Shown here piece by piece: positions 1-8,266 of a stretch of 24,000 nt of DNA (the first letter of the stretch is position 1; the number at the start of each line of letters is the position of its first letter). Below the pieces are notes generated by a model, which did no database searches, was not told the origin of the DNA, and saw only the letters and a program-made list of their open reading frames with translations. A program made the translations under genes and the position numbers. Origin of the DNA: Vibrio sp. SS-MA-C1-2 (GTDB lineage Bacteria > Pseudomonadota > Gammaproteobacteria > Enterobacterales > Vibrionaceae); assembly GCF_021513135.1 (NCBI RefSeq), contig NZ_CP090981.1, forward strand, positions 2,692,025 to 2,716,024, given 5' to 3'.

Positions 1-2
1 AC

Positions 3-785
3 CTTGAACTGCAACATATCATTAAAACAAAATACAGCTATTTTGCCGAATATCGCTTTAAACTCAACCAGACTGAACAGCAGATCATCAATAAGTTTCA
101 TGGTGAGCGCGCTGCTTTTGTCCAATCTATTTTTGATTGTTCAAGTCGAGCAAAAGTTTGGCACAATCTTGATTTCATTCAACTCTGGCAACAACACCAA
201 GCAGATAGAGCACGAGTGATTACTGCATTAGATTATTTTCACCAACAAGGTTGGATTGAGCTAGAGAGTAAACAGATGACCGATGTTTACCAAGTCTTAG
301 ATAAAAGTGTTGAGACTCAAGAGTTAGTCACGCGATTGTCTCAACTATTTCAACAGAAAGAGAACAATGAAATTAACCGAACTCAAGATATGTTGAACTT
401 TTTTGCCAGTAAATCCTGTTTAAGCCATTCATTGGCTGGCTATTTTGCCGATAATCAAGCTCCTGTTGCTTGTGGCCACTGTTCTGTTTGTCGAGGCAAC
501 GTTGCTAAATTACCAGAACCTCAACTTGATCCCATTGTGCTCACGGATGTTGAAGCTTGGGTGATTCCTTTTGTTGAAGCGTGTAAAGAGAGCAATAATC
601 AGCAGGCATTAACTCATAAAACGATTACTCGCTTCTTATGCGGATTAACGACACCGTTAATTTCTAAAGTTAAGGGGACTAAAATGGCAGGGTTTGGTCA
701 ATTCGAACAATATCCATTTGCTACGGTATTTACTCTGGTCAGTCAGATTGTTACCGATATTGAACCCGCCGGATTGAAGTCATAA
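3..785 (+). CDS. RecQ-family DNA helicase, C-terminal fragment (5' end lies outside the window)
   Basis: The frame of the 216..785 ORF stays open back to base 3 (LELQHIIKTKYSYFAEYRFKLNQTEQQIINKFHGERAAF...), so the GTG at 216 is internal. The segment SCLSHSLAGYFADNQAPVACGHCSVCRG resembles the RecQ Zn-binding motif (C..LL.YFGE...CG.CD.C). The 4..219 ORF is the wrong frame. Confidence 0.55.
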   Translation, partial: LELQHIIKTKYSYFAEYRFKLNQTEQQIINKFHGERAAFVQSIFDCSSRAKVWHNLDFIQLWQQHQADRARVITALDYFHQQGWIELESKQMTDVYQVLDKSVETQELVTRLSQLFQQKENNEINRTQDMLNFFASKSCLSHSLAGYFADNQAPVACGHCSVCRGNVAKLPEPQLDPIVLTDVEAWVIPFVEACKESNNQQALTHKTITRFLCGLTTPLISKVKGTKMAGFGQFEQYPFATVFTLVSQIVTDIEPAGLKS

Positions 786-804
786 AGAGAATAGTAAATG
801 ACGA

Positions 805-934
805 TATACCTAAAATAATTAGCGTTGCGAGGTTGGTAGAGAGTAAGCGAGGTTAAGATGAGTATAGGTGTACTATATGATTGGAGCGAATGAGCGACGC
901 CAACAACCTAGCAACTTCAAGTAATAAGGGTATA
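805..934 (+). repeat. ERIC-like palindromic intergenic element, full-length copy 1 (most diverged in the left arm)
   Basis: TATACCTAAAATAATTAGCGTTGCGAGG...CCAACAACCTAGCAACTTCAAGTAATAAGGGTATA aligns over its whole length with the copies at 5092, 6692, 15607 and 18341. It also resembles the enterobacterial ERIC consensus as I recall it (...AATAATT.G.GTTGC...GGCGGCAAG.GAGT...GCAACTTGAAGTATGACGGGTAT). Confidence 0.8.
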
Positions 935-936
935 GA

Positions 937-967
937 AACCTAGCAGTTTCAAGTATGGCGATGTATA
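937..967 (+). repeat. Extra partial ERIC right arm directly after copy 1
   Basis: AACCTAGCAGTTTCAAGTATGGCGATGTATA repeats the right-arm motif ACCTAGCAACTTCAAGTA..GGTATA. Confidence 0.55.
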
Positions 968-1010
968 AAAATGGTGGTCAATGAAGCAAGAAACTTCACT
1001 GCACCACCAT
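965..1010 (-). terminator. Rho-independent terminator downstream of the SDR gene
   Basis: On the - strand, ATGGTGGTGCAGTGAAG / CTTCATTGACCACCAT forms a ~16-bp stem with one bulge, followed by TTTTTAT. It lies 36 nt after the stop codon at 1047. Confidence 0.65.
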
Positions 1011-1046
1011 CATGGTAAACCTTTTTAGTTTACAACTTTTTATCTT

Positions 1047-1766
1047 TTATGGTTGTTGACGAGTCGCCGCTATCACCATTTCACGAATACAGACACCTTG
1101 TGGCTGGTTGTAAGCAAAAACAACCGAGCGAGCGATATCATCAGCAACAAGAACGCCATTCATGCTCTCTTTCCATGCTTCGTAACCCGCTTTGATATCA
1201 TCTGAAGTCGTATGAGAAAGTAGTTCAGTTTCAACTGCACCAGGAGCAATCGTGGTCACACGAACATTTGAATCTGCGACTTCTTCACGAACATTTTCAG
1301 AAATTGCATGAACAGCAAACTTAGTACCACAATAAGCGGCATGGTTACCAAAGGTCTTACGCCCAGCAACAGAGCTGATATTAACGACTGTGCCGCTGTT
1401 ACGCGCTTTCATTGGCGCAAGAACGGTTTGCATGCCATTTAAAAGGCCGATAACATTCACATCAAACATGGTTTGCCATTCAGATGCTTCTTGAGTATCG
1501 ACTTGACCTAATAGCATCATACCCGCATTGTTAACGAGACAATCAACAGGGCCATATTGTGCTTCTGCTTTTGCAATTGCAGCTTCAAATGTCGCTTTAT
1601 CTGTCACATCTACTTTTTCACAAAGCGTATTGGGTAAATTTAACGCTTCTAATTTTTCAACACGACGAGCAAGAAGAAGAAGCGGGTGACCATCAGCACT
1701 AAATAGCTTTGCAATTGCTTCACCGATACCAGAACTTGCGCCTGTAATAACAATTAACTTTTTCAT
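1047..1766 (-). CDS. Short-chain dehydrogenase/reductase (SDR) family oxidoreductase
   Basis: 239 aa. N-terminal TGASSGIGEA cofactor-binding motif, NNAG motif, and catalytic S...YCGTK (YxxxK). This is classical SDR architecture. Confidence 0.85.
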   Translation of the reverse strand: MKKLIVITGASSGIGEAIAKLFSADGHPLLLLARRVEKLEALNLPNTLCEKVDVTDKATFEAAIAKAEAQYGPVDCLVNNAGMMLLGQVDTQEASEWQTMFDVNVIGLLNGMQTVLAPMKARNSGTVVNISSVAGRKTFGNHAAYCGTKFAVHAISENVREEVADSNVRVTTIAPGAVETELLSHTTSDDIKAGYEAWKESMNGVLVADDIARSVVFAYNQPQGVCIREMVIAATRQQP

Positions 1767-1872
1767 ATTTTTCTCACTTGTCGAAATGGATTATAAAAAC
1801 AAAAGATGATTTACCTAAGAAGCAACGGAACTACATTCAAATATCAATAGTCGCCTGAGTGCCTCTTCAATA

Positions 1873-1912
1873 ACGCTATATTAACTGCTAACTCATTGTT
1901 GATATATAGCGT
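1873..1912. promoter_or_regulatory. Candidate operator in the SDR-LysR divergent intergenic region
   Basis: Perfect 9-bp inverted repeat ACGCTATAT-N22-ATATAGCGT centred between the divergent start codons at 1766 and 2001. Its function is inferred only. Confidence 0.3.
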
Positions 1913-2000
1913 CATATTCACAACATTGTTTACAAATATATACAAATAAAATAGGATGAAATTCTCCTCATACTTTTTTAACAACAAAGGAAAGGTATCA

Positions 2001-2897
2001 ATGAAACATAACGTCACCCTTAACGATATTTCACTGTTTATTACTATAGTTGAGGAAGGGAGTTTTACCAAAGCAGCAGCCATTCTTAATTGTTCTCGCT
2101 CCTTGTTATCTAAACAATTAAATCAGTTAGAGGCTAATTTAGGGGTAAGCTTACTGTCACGAACGACTCGAGCTCAACGCTTAACCAGCGCTGGAAAAGA
2201 GTTTTATACTCAATGTAAAGGCTCGCTACAAACGATTGATCACGCAATACTTAATACCATTAATAGTGGTAATGCCATGCAAGGATCAATTAATATTAAT
2301 AGTGTGGGTGGCTATATTGGTGAAGAGATCATCACTACATTGGTCAATGATTTTCTAGCTGTTTATCCTAATATTTCAATCAATCTAGACTTTAGTAGCC
2401 AACGTGTCGATCTCATTCATGATGATTTTGATCTGGTGTTTAGAATGGGGAAATTAGAAGACTCAAGTCTTATTGCTCGTAAGTTGACTAATTTAACGAT
2501 TGATACTTTAGCCTCACCCCAATATCTCAAGCAGCATGGGCGTCCAAGCCACCCCAAAGAGTTAACCTTACATCAATGTATTACTGGTTCCGTACAGCAC
2601 TGGACGTTTCATCATCAAGATAATAATGAAGAAGTTGATATCCCCATCTCAGGTACTTTCCGCTGTAAAAGTGGCCGAGCAATGCTAAATAGTGCCAAAC
2701 AGCATCGCGGGATTGTCCGTTTACCCACAATTTATTGTCCACACGAGCTAAAAGAACAGCAGTTAATATCTGTATTTGAGAAGTGGCAGATCCCAGCCAC
2801 CCCTTTTTATCTGGTCTATCAACGAGACCCTTATCAGCCTGAGCGCCTTAAGTTATTTATTCAATTTATTATCGATAACTTTGCTCGCTATGAGTGA
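2001..2897 (+). CDS. LysR-family transcriptional regulator
   Basis: The N-terminal helix-turn-helix region (LNDISLFITIVEEGSFTKAAAILNCSRSLLSKQLNQLEANLGVSLLSRTTR) is typical of LTTRs. I prefer the ATG at 2001, preceded by AAAGGAAAGG, over the track start at 1956. The gene is divergent from the SDR gene. Confidence 0.85.
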   Translation: MKHNVTLNDISLFITIVEEGSFTKAAAILNCSRSLLSKQLNQLEANLGVSLLSRTTRAQRLTSAGKEFYTQCKGSLQTIDHAILNTINSGNAMQGSININSVGGYIGEEIITTLVNDFLAVYPNISINLDFSSQRVDLIHDDFDLVFRMGKLEDSSLIARKLTNLTIDTLASPQYLKQHGRPSHPKELTLHQCITGSVQHWTFHHQDNNEEVDIPISGTFRCKSGRAMLNSAKQHRGIVRLPTIYCPHELKEQQLISVFEKWQIPATPFYLVYQRDPYQPERLKLFIQFIIDNFARYE

Positions 2898-3012
2898 GTT
2901 AACCAAATAAAAAAGGCCAGATTCAATGGATGCGTTATCACATTAAATCTAACCTTTTATTTATACTTTTTTACTTATTTACTTATTTATTGATTGAGAA
3001 TAGCGACCTTAA

Positions 3013-3041
3013 ATATCCCCTTCTTACTTGAACTTGTTAGG
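3013..3041 (-). repeat. Single-arm ERIC fragment (right arm, reverse orientation)
   Basis: ATATCCCCTTCTTACTTGAACTTGTTAGG matches the reverse complement of the right arm of the 18341 copy (TATACCCTTCTTACTTGAAGTTGCTCGG). It ends 8 nt before the ABC exporter stop codon. Confidence 0.5.
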
Positions 3042-3048
3042 AATATGA

Positions 3049-4881
3049 TTACTGATCTTTAATAAATCCACCCGTTTGGTGCTGCCAAAGTTGCGCATAA
3101 ATGCCGTTATTCTTTAACAGCTCTTCATGAGTCCCTTGCTCAACAATTTGTCCTTGATCTAACACAATCAAGCGATCTAAGGCAGCTATAGTAGAAAGAC
3201 GATGAGCAATGGCTATGACCGTTTTATTTTCCATTAATTCATCTAAGCTTTCTTGAATCGCGGCTTCCACCTCAGAATCGAGTGCAGATGTTGCTTCATC
3301 TAAGATCAACACTGGCGCATTTTTCAGTAACACTCGAGAAATTGCAATACGCTGACGTTGACCACCAGAAAGCTTAACCCCACGTTCACCGACTTGAGCA
3401 TCATAACCTGTATTACCGTGAGGATCGGAAAGATCGGCAATAAATTCATCCGCATGAGCTTGTTTCGTTGCCGTAAAGAGCTCTTCATCCGTCGCATCTG
3501 GATGACTATATTTGATGTTTTCACCGATAGATCGATGAAGCAGAGAGGTATCTTGAGTCACCATACCTATCTTGCTACGTAGCGAATCTTGATTAACACC
3601 ACTGATTGATTGACCATCAATGGTAATATCGCCACCTTCAATATCATGGAAGCGCAGTAACAGGTTCACTAATGTCGATTTACCCGCCCCAGAACGACCA
3701 ACAATGCCCACTTTCTCACCCGCTTTAAGCTTAAGGTTTAAATTAGAGATGACCCCTTTATTCTTATCACCATAATGGAAGTCGACATTTTTAAACTCAA
3801 TTTCACCTTTATCTACGTTTAGATTAGGCGCTTGAGGCTTATCTTGGATCACAATAGGCTTAGAGATGGTACTCATTCCATCCATCACAGTACCGATATT
3901 TTCAAACAGGCTACTGACTTCCCACATGATCCATTTAGACATCCCATTAATACGTAGTGCTAAGCTAACTGCTACCGCAATCGACCCAATAGTGATCGCC
4001 TCTTCAGACCAAAGATAGATAGATATCGCAGCAATACTAAAGACTAAAAGGTAGTTTGCAATTTCGACACAAATATTAAATGCGGTGACTAAGCGCATTT
4101 GCGCATTCACGGTGCCTAAAAAGCCTTTCATCCCTCTCTCGGCATAATCACTTTCACGACTAGAATGAGAAAAAAGCTTAACCGTCGCAATATTGGTATA
4201 GCTATCAACAATACGCCCCGTCATTAATGAACGGGCATCGGCTTGTTTCGCTGCAACATTTTTTAGTTTAGGTACAAAGTAGAGCTGAATAACCACATAA
4301 GCAGCAAGCCAGACTAGCATTGGCAACATTAAGCGATAGTCAGCATCCGCTAAAATCACCAACATACTGGTGAAGTAAACACCCACATAGACAAAGACAT
4401 CCAAGGTTTTCATCACCGCTTCACGTACCGCTAATGCAGTCTGCATCACTTTAGTGGCAATACGTCCAGCAAAATCGTCTTGATAGAAGTGTAAGCTCTG
4501 CTTCAAAAGATAGCGATGAGCTAACCAACGGATCGACATTGGATAATTGCCCAGCAAAGACTGATGAACCACCAGCGAATGAAGCGCAATCAATAACGGC
4601 ATCACAACCAATAAAATAATGGAGATATAAATGAGCTTGGTTGAGTTGTCAGCAATAAAGGTCTCTGGTGAACTGTTACTTAACCAATCAACCAGTTGTC
4701 CCATAAAGCCAAATAATGAAACCTCAATAATTGCAATAATGGTACTTAAAAGAGCCATGACCATCAACATTTTACCAAACCCACGGGTGTAATAGAGGCA
4801 GAATGCAACTAAAGTATTTGGCGGTTGGGTTGGTTCTTCCTTGGGAAACGCCTTGGTAAGGCTTTCAAAAAACTTAAACAC
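3049..4881 (-). CDS. Fused permease/ATPase ABC exporter (type I exporter, MsbA/multidrug-like)
   Basis: 610 aa. The N-terminal half is hydrophobic and multi-spanning. The C-terminal half has Walker A GRSGAGKST, signature LSGGQRQR and Walker B ILILDEATS. Substrate is unknown. Confidence 0.85.
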   Translation of the reverse strand: MFKFFESLTKAFPKEEPTQPPNTLVAFCLYYTRGFGKMLMVMALLSTIIAIIEVSLFGFMGQLVDWLSNSSPETFIADNSTKLIYISIILLVVMPLLIALHSLVVHQSLLGNYPMSIRWLAHRYLLKQSLHFYQDDFAGRIATKVMQTALAVREAVMKTLDVFVYVGVYFTSMLVILADADYRLMLPMLVWLAAYVVIQLYFVPKLKNVAAKQADARSLMTGRIVDSYTNIATVKLFSHSSRESDYAERGMKGFLGTVNAQMRLVTAFNICVEIANYLLVFSIAAISIYLWSEEAITIGSIAVAVSLALRINGMSKWIMWEVSSLFENIGTVMDGMSTISKPIVIQDKPQAPNLNVDKGEIEFKNVDFHYGDKNKGVISNLNLKLKAGEKVGIVGRSGAGKSTLVNLLLRFHDIEGGDITIDGQSISGVNQDSLRSKIGMVTQDTSLLHRSIGENIKYSHPDATDEELFTATKQAHADEFIADLSDPHGNTGYDAQVGERGVKLSGGQRQRIAISRVLLKNAPVLILDEATSALDSEVEAAIQESLDELMENKTVIAIAHRLSTIAALDRLIVLDQGQIVEQGTHEELLKNNGIYAQLWQHQTGGFIKDQ

Positions 4882-5091
4882 ATCATCTCCTATTGAGGGT
4901 TTGTTTTGGGTGAGATTATAACGATTAAAATCGTATAATACTCAATTAAATTGAAATAATAGGTAAACGAATAAAGACAATAACCTAACAATTTCAAATA
5001 TGAAGGGGGCGATAAATAGATTTATTGTTTAGATAAGAACGTGATCGCACTCCATCTATGTTTCCCTTCGATGGAGTACGTAAAGACAATA

Positions 5092-5219
5092 GATACCTAA
5101 AATAATTGGCGTTGCGAGTAGGCGGCAAGAGAGTAAGGTCCCATGAGTATCGCTGTACTATATGATTGGGGTGAACAAATGCAGCCAACAACCTAGCAAC
5201 TTCAAGTATGAAAGGTATA
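5092..5219 (+). repeat. ERIC-like element, full-length copy 2
   Basis: GATACCTAAAATAATTGGCGTTGCGAGTAGGCGGCAAGAGAGTAAGGTCCCATGAGTAT...GCAGCCAACAACCTAGCAACTTCAAGTATGAAAGGTATA. The right terminus directly abuts the TAA stop (5220-5222, - strand) of the lipoprotein gene. Confidence 0.85.
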
Positions 5220-6476
5220 TTAATGCTGCGTGTTTTCCGTTGCCTTTTGTAGATTATCATCAGGTTTAGTACTTCGCTCTTCAACAGACGATTGATCACG
5301 CTGAACGTGATCATCTTCTGCTGTTGGCGCTACATGTGGCTTAAGCGTCGACGCTTCTGGCAAGTCGATTCCCGCCTGCTGTAACTGATAACGTAAACTT
5401 TTATTTTCATGTTGTAAGGTATCAATTTGCTGTCCAGTCAAGATTAGCTTCTGTTTATTGTTATCCAACTGTTGATTCAATTGATGAACATCTGATGCTA
5501 ACTCTCCATTTTTCTCAGTTAGCGCATGAATAATGATACCCGCTTGATCCGTTAAACGTTGATCTCGATGATCACCGACACCGGTTGCCGTTGAAATTTG
5601 ATAAAGCGATGTTTCAAGTTTCAATAAATAATTTTCCAATTGATCATCAGACAAATTCGCCAATTCCCTCACCTGTTTAGTCATCACATCTGCACGCTGT
5701 AGAGCAAAGTTGACTAATCGAGCTTTATTCTCAATTTCAATGTAGTCACGAGGATGAGTTTCTACAAAACTTTCTGCTTGTGATAATAATGTTCCTGCTT
5801 TAGCTGAAACAATCGGTGTATCTTTATTATAACGTCGACTTTTTTGCTTATTGTATTGACTAATTGCTGTTCCTAAATAGTTTGCAGTGACCGCTTTAAC
5901 CTCAAGATTATGTTGTTGTTGTTCGAGATTTTTAATTCGTTGAGGGTCAATTTCTTTCGTTTTGGTTACCGCGACATAATCAACCACTTTTTTTAGCGCT
6001 AACTCAACATTTCTCGCTTCTGTTGGATAGTAATGAGCTGCATTCGTACTATAGAGATATTGACGGTTATCAAAGGCAACACTTAACACAGATTTGACTC
6101 TGGCCTTCGTTATCTTGGCTTGCTGGAAAGCGATATCGTAGTTATTTAATGCCTCTTCAACTTGCTCACCATACGTTTTACTCGAGAAGAAACCCGAATC
6201 ATTGATTTTATTTGGTTCTAGCTCAAACTCAGAATAAGCATCAAGCGCATCATTTACAGCAGACGTCATCGCCTTATAATTTTTATTGGCATACCACGCT
6301 AAATCACTTTCGCTATAGCTATCCGTCACACTATTTAATCGCGTCTGTAATGAATCAAAACGACTTAATTCTAAATTTGTTTGTGGCTGAGCAGACTGAT
6401 TTGCTGATTCATTTGAAGCACAACCGCTCAAAAGACCAATAAAAATCAGTGTTATTATATATTTATTCTTCATCAC
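5220..6476 (-). CDS. Hypothetical lipoprotein with a long predicted coiled-coil region
   Basis: 418 aa. Signal peptide plus lipobox (LIFIGLLSGC). Q/E/L/N-rich heptad-like stretches (e.g. LNQQLDNNKQKLILTGQQIDTLQHENKSLRYQLQQ) and an acidic, disordered-looking C-terminus. RBS AAGGGA lies upstream of the tandem ATG ATG. I recognise no family. Confidence 0.7.
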   Translation of the reverse strand: MMKNKYIITLIFIGLLSGCASNESANQSAQPQTNLELSRFDSLQTRLNSVTDSYSESDLAWYANKNYKAMTSAVNDALDAYSEFELEPNKINDSGFFSSKTYGEQVEEALNNYDIAFQQAKITKARVKSVLSVAFDNRQYLYSTNAAHYYPTEARNVELALKKVVDYVAVTKTKEIDPQRIKNLEQQQHNLEVKAVTANYLGTAISQYNKQKSRRYNKDTPIVSAKAGTLLSQAESFVETHPRDYIEIENKARLVNFALQRADVMTKQVRELANLSDDQLENYLLKLETSLYQISTATGVGDHRDQRLTDQAGIIIHALTEKNGELASDVHQLNQQLDNNKQKLILTGQQIDTLQHENKSLRYQLQQAGIDLPEASTLKPHVAPTAEDDHVQRDQSSVEERSTKPDDNLQKATENTQH

Positions 6477-6691
6477 TAATCCCTTTTAGTCTGATGTCAT
6501 CATATTGATCAAAAATGACTGATAACTCAATTTTATCAATACTGAATAATTTATATTATAAATGCTTTTGACCATAAACATAAACTAATTGTGCGGTATA
6601 TGGAGAATATATTGGTGTAAAAACCTCAATAAAAATCATAAACAAACAAAAATGATTATAGTTTCAGAGGATTACTTTTAAATTGGCCGGA

Positions 6692-6819
6692 TAGACTCAA
6701 AGTAATTGGCGTTGCTAGTAGGCGGCAAGTGAGTAAGGCTCCATGAGTATAGGTGTACTCTATGATTGGGGCGAATGAGAGTAGCCAACAACCCAGCAAC
6801 TTCAAGTAAGACGAGTATA
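6692..6819 (+). repeat. ERIC-like element, full-length copy 3
   Basis: TAGACTCAAAGTAATTGGCGTTGCTAGTAGGCGGCAAGTGAGTAAGGCTCCATGAGTATAGGTGTACTCTATGATTGGGGCGAATGAGAGTAGCCAACAACCCAGCAACTTCAAGTAAGACGAGTATA. It lies in the divergent region between the lipoprotein gene and the pilin gene. Confidence 0.85.
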
Positions 6820-6899
6820 ATATGATTTTTAGAATCACTCTTGAATAATAATAGATCTCCTCTAAGTTTAAATAATAGTATTTAGAGAGAAGAACGAAA

Positions 6900-7460
6900 A
6901 TGAAAAAATTATTAGTCACGAGTTTAGTGCTATTAAGCTCCACCGCTTTAGCCAAATTAAGTAATGACCAACACACTGCGACTTTAGATATCAATGCCAA
7001 TATTGATGGAGCCTATTCAATTCAATCGTCAAGTGATGCTGTCTCTTTAGGACTAACATCAGGAACCGAAGTTAATACTGCGAGCTCCTCCGATTCCACA
7101 TTAACCTTTTCAAGTACCGTTGCTTCAAATTTAATCATTTCGTTATCAAGTAGTAATCGCGGATTACAAAGCGGACAAACAACCGTCTCTTACTCTGTCT
7201 CCATGACACCAGAAAATGACGATAAATGGGGCGCTTTTACAGCACTGCCTTCAGCTCAACCATGCATATTTAATAAAATAGGTTCTGGCAGCGGGGATTG
7301 TCAGGCATTACGTATTATGCACACCAGCAATCAACAACAACCAGCTGAAAATGCAGAAATTAATCTGTCTTTTGTAACAAACTTAGAAAAAAAACAATTA
7401 TTACAGCAAAAAGACCCTTATAACGATACCTTAACCATTACGATTGCAGAACAGAATTAA
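6900..7460 (+). CDS. Putative major pilin of an archaic (Csu/spore-coat-U-like) chaperone-usher pilus
   Basis: 186 aa with signal peptide (LLSSTALA|K). The N-terminus has an alternating-hydrophobic donor-strand-like segment (ATLDINANIDGAYSI). There is a single Cys pair. The C-terminal strand PYNDTLTITIAEQN fits the Y.DT.T.T. motif typical of SCPU/Csu-type subunits. It sits immediately upstream of the chaperone and usher genes. Confidence 0.65.
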   Translation: MKKLLVTSLVLLSSTALAKLSNDQHTATLDINANIDGAYSIQSSSDAVSLGLTSGTEVNTASSSDSTLTFSSTVASNLIISLSSSNRGLQSGQTTVSYSVSMTPENDDKWGAFTALPSAQPCIFNKIGSGSGDCQALRIMHTSNQQQPAENAEINLSFVTNLEKKQLLQQKDPYNDTLTITIAEQN

Positions 7461-7507
7461 TTTTCACATTATTAATGATATTTAAATCAATTTTATAGGG
7501 GGCTATT

Positions 7508-8230
7508 TTGATCAGATGCCTATTTTTATTCTTTTCACTGTTGTGCTCTTTTTCGATCAATGCGTTTCAAGTTGAAATCGAAGATCCCATCTACTCTTCA
7601 GTTAATGATAAGCAGATGGCGGTTTCTATTATTAATAGTGGTGATGAAACCATTGCATTACAGGTAAAAGTGTTTGAACGTACATTTAACCAAGCTGGCG
7701 TTGAAGATTATTCAAAGCCTTACCCTCTGGTAACTGCATTCCCACAAAATATCATCGTTAGTCCAAATAGCACAGAGTTGGTCACCTTAGTTTGGAATAG
7801 CAATAAAATGCCCAAAACAGAGGTTCCACTTCGAGTCGTCGCAAAACAAGTTCCGATTCAATTTAACAGTGGTGATGCACCCGCTCTTAATGTGATGTTT
7901 GCAATGGTAAAGTCAATTTATATCCGCCCAGAAAATGCAAAAGCAAATATCAAATTAGACAGCTTTAAATGGCAAGAAAAAAAACAGCAGTTAACATTAA
8001 CAGTTGATAATAAAGGTAATAGAGGGATCATCGCTGATCGCATCATTCTCGATATTGATGGTAAAGAAGCGTTAATTAGTACCTTTACTGATGATGAAAA
8101 TAGTGTCGGCTTAATGAACAGACCTAACTTATTGGCGGGTGAGGTTAGAGATATCTCCGTAAATATAGATTCCAACCAATTTAAAACCATAAATAAAATT
8201 ACAATTAAAAAAGTAATTCAAGTTCAATAG
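7508..8230 (+). CDS. Periplasmic pilus chaperone (PapD-fold, CsuC-like)
   Basis: 240 aa, TTG start preceded by GGGGG, with a signal peptide. ALQVKVFERTF...PLRVVAKQVP... parallels my recollection of CsuC (MVQIRVFKWNQ...YRLIVDELP). Size and position between pilin and usher are typical. Confidence 0.7.
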   Translation: MIRCLFLFFSLLCSFSINAFQVEIEDPIYSSVNDKQMAVSIINSGDETIALQVKVFERTFNQAGVEDYSKPYPLVTAFPQNIIVSPNSTELVTLVWNSNKMPKTEVPLRVVAKQVPIQFNSGDAPALNVMFAMVKSIYIRPENAKANIKLDSFKWQEKKQQLTLTVDNKGNRGIIADRIILDIDGKEALISTFTDDENSVGLMNRPNLLAGEVRDISVNIDSNQFKTINKITIKKVIQVQ

Positions 8231-8266
8231 GAATGCTTTATCTTCAACGGTAATTCTAAGCAGTTT

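Noticed and set aside
4-219. ORF 4..219 + as a separate small gene
   Set aside because: It is an alternative frame of the RecQ-like gene. The frame containing 216..785 stays open to base 3 and reads as a continuous protein.
1844-2083. ORF 1844..2083 - in the SDR/LysR intergenic region
   Set aside because: It is antisense to the LysR 5' end, AT-rich with low-complexity translation and no RBS. The region is better explained as a divergent promoter region.
2898-3012. Terminator or short tandem repeat in the LysR / ABC exporter convergent spacer (AAGGCCAGATT...AATCTAACCTT; TACTTATT TACTTATT)
   Set aside because: The stem has two central mismatches, and the short repeats are low-complexity AT-rich sequence. 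This is not strong enough to call as a feature.
3324-3582. ORFs 3324..3524 - and 3358..3582 + inside the ABC exporter gene
   Set aside because: They are nested in or antisense to a CDS with intact Walker and signature motifs. They show no independent coding signal.
4994-5314. ORFs running through ERIC copies (4994..5314 -, 6656..7000 -, 15695..15916 +)
   Set aside because: Each is mostly repeat-element or antisense sequence and overlaps better-supported genes (the lipoprotein 3' end, the pilin 5' end, zrgD). None has an RBS or a recognisable domain.
6212-6442. ORF 6212..6442 +, and likewise 18034..18264 +, 19021..19206 - and 23670..23861 -
   Set aside because: They are antisense to or out of frame with well-supported genes (lipoprotein, zrgB, zrgA, tolB) and have no supporting signals.
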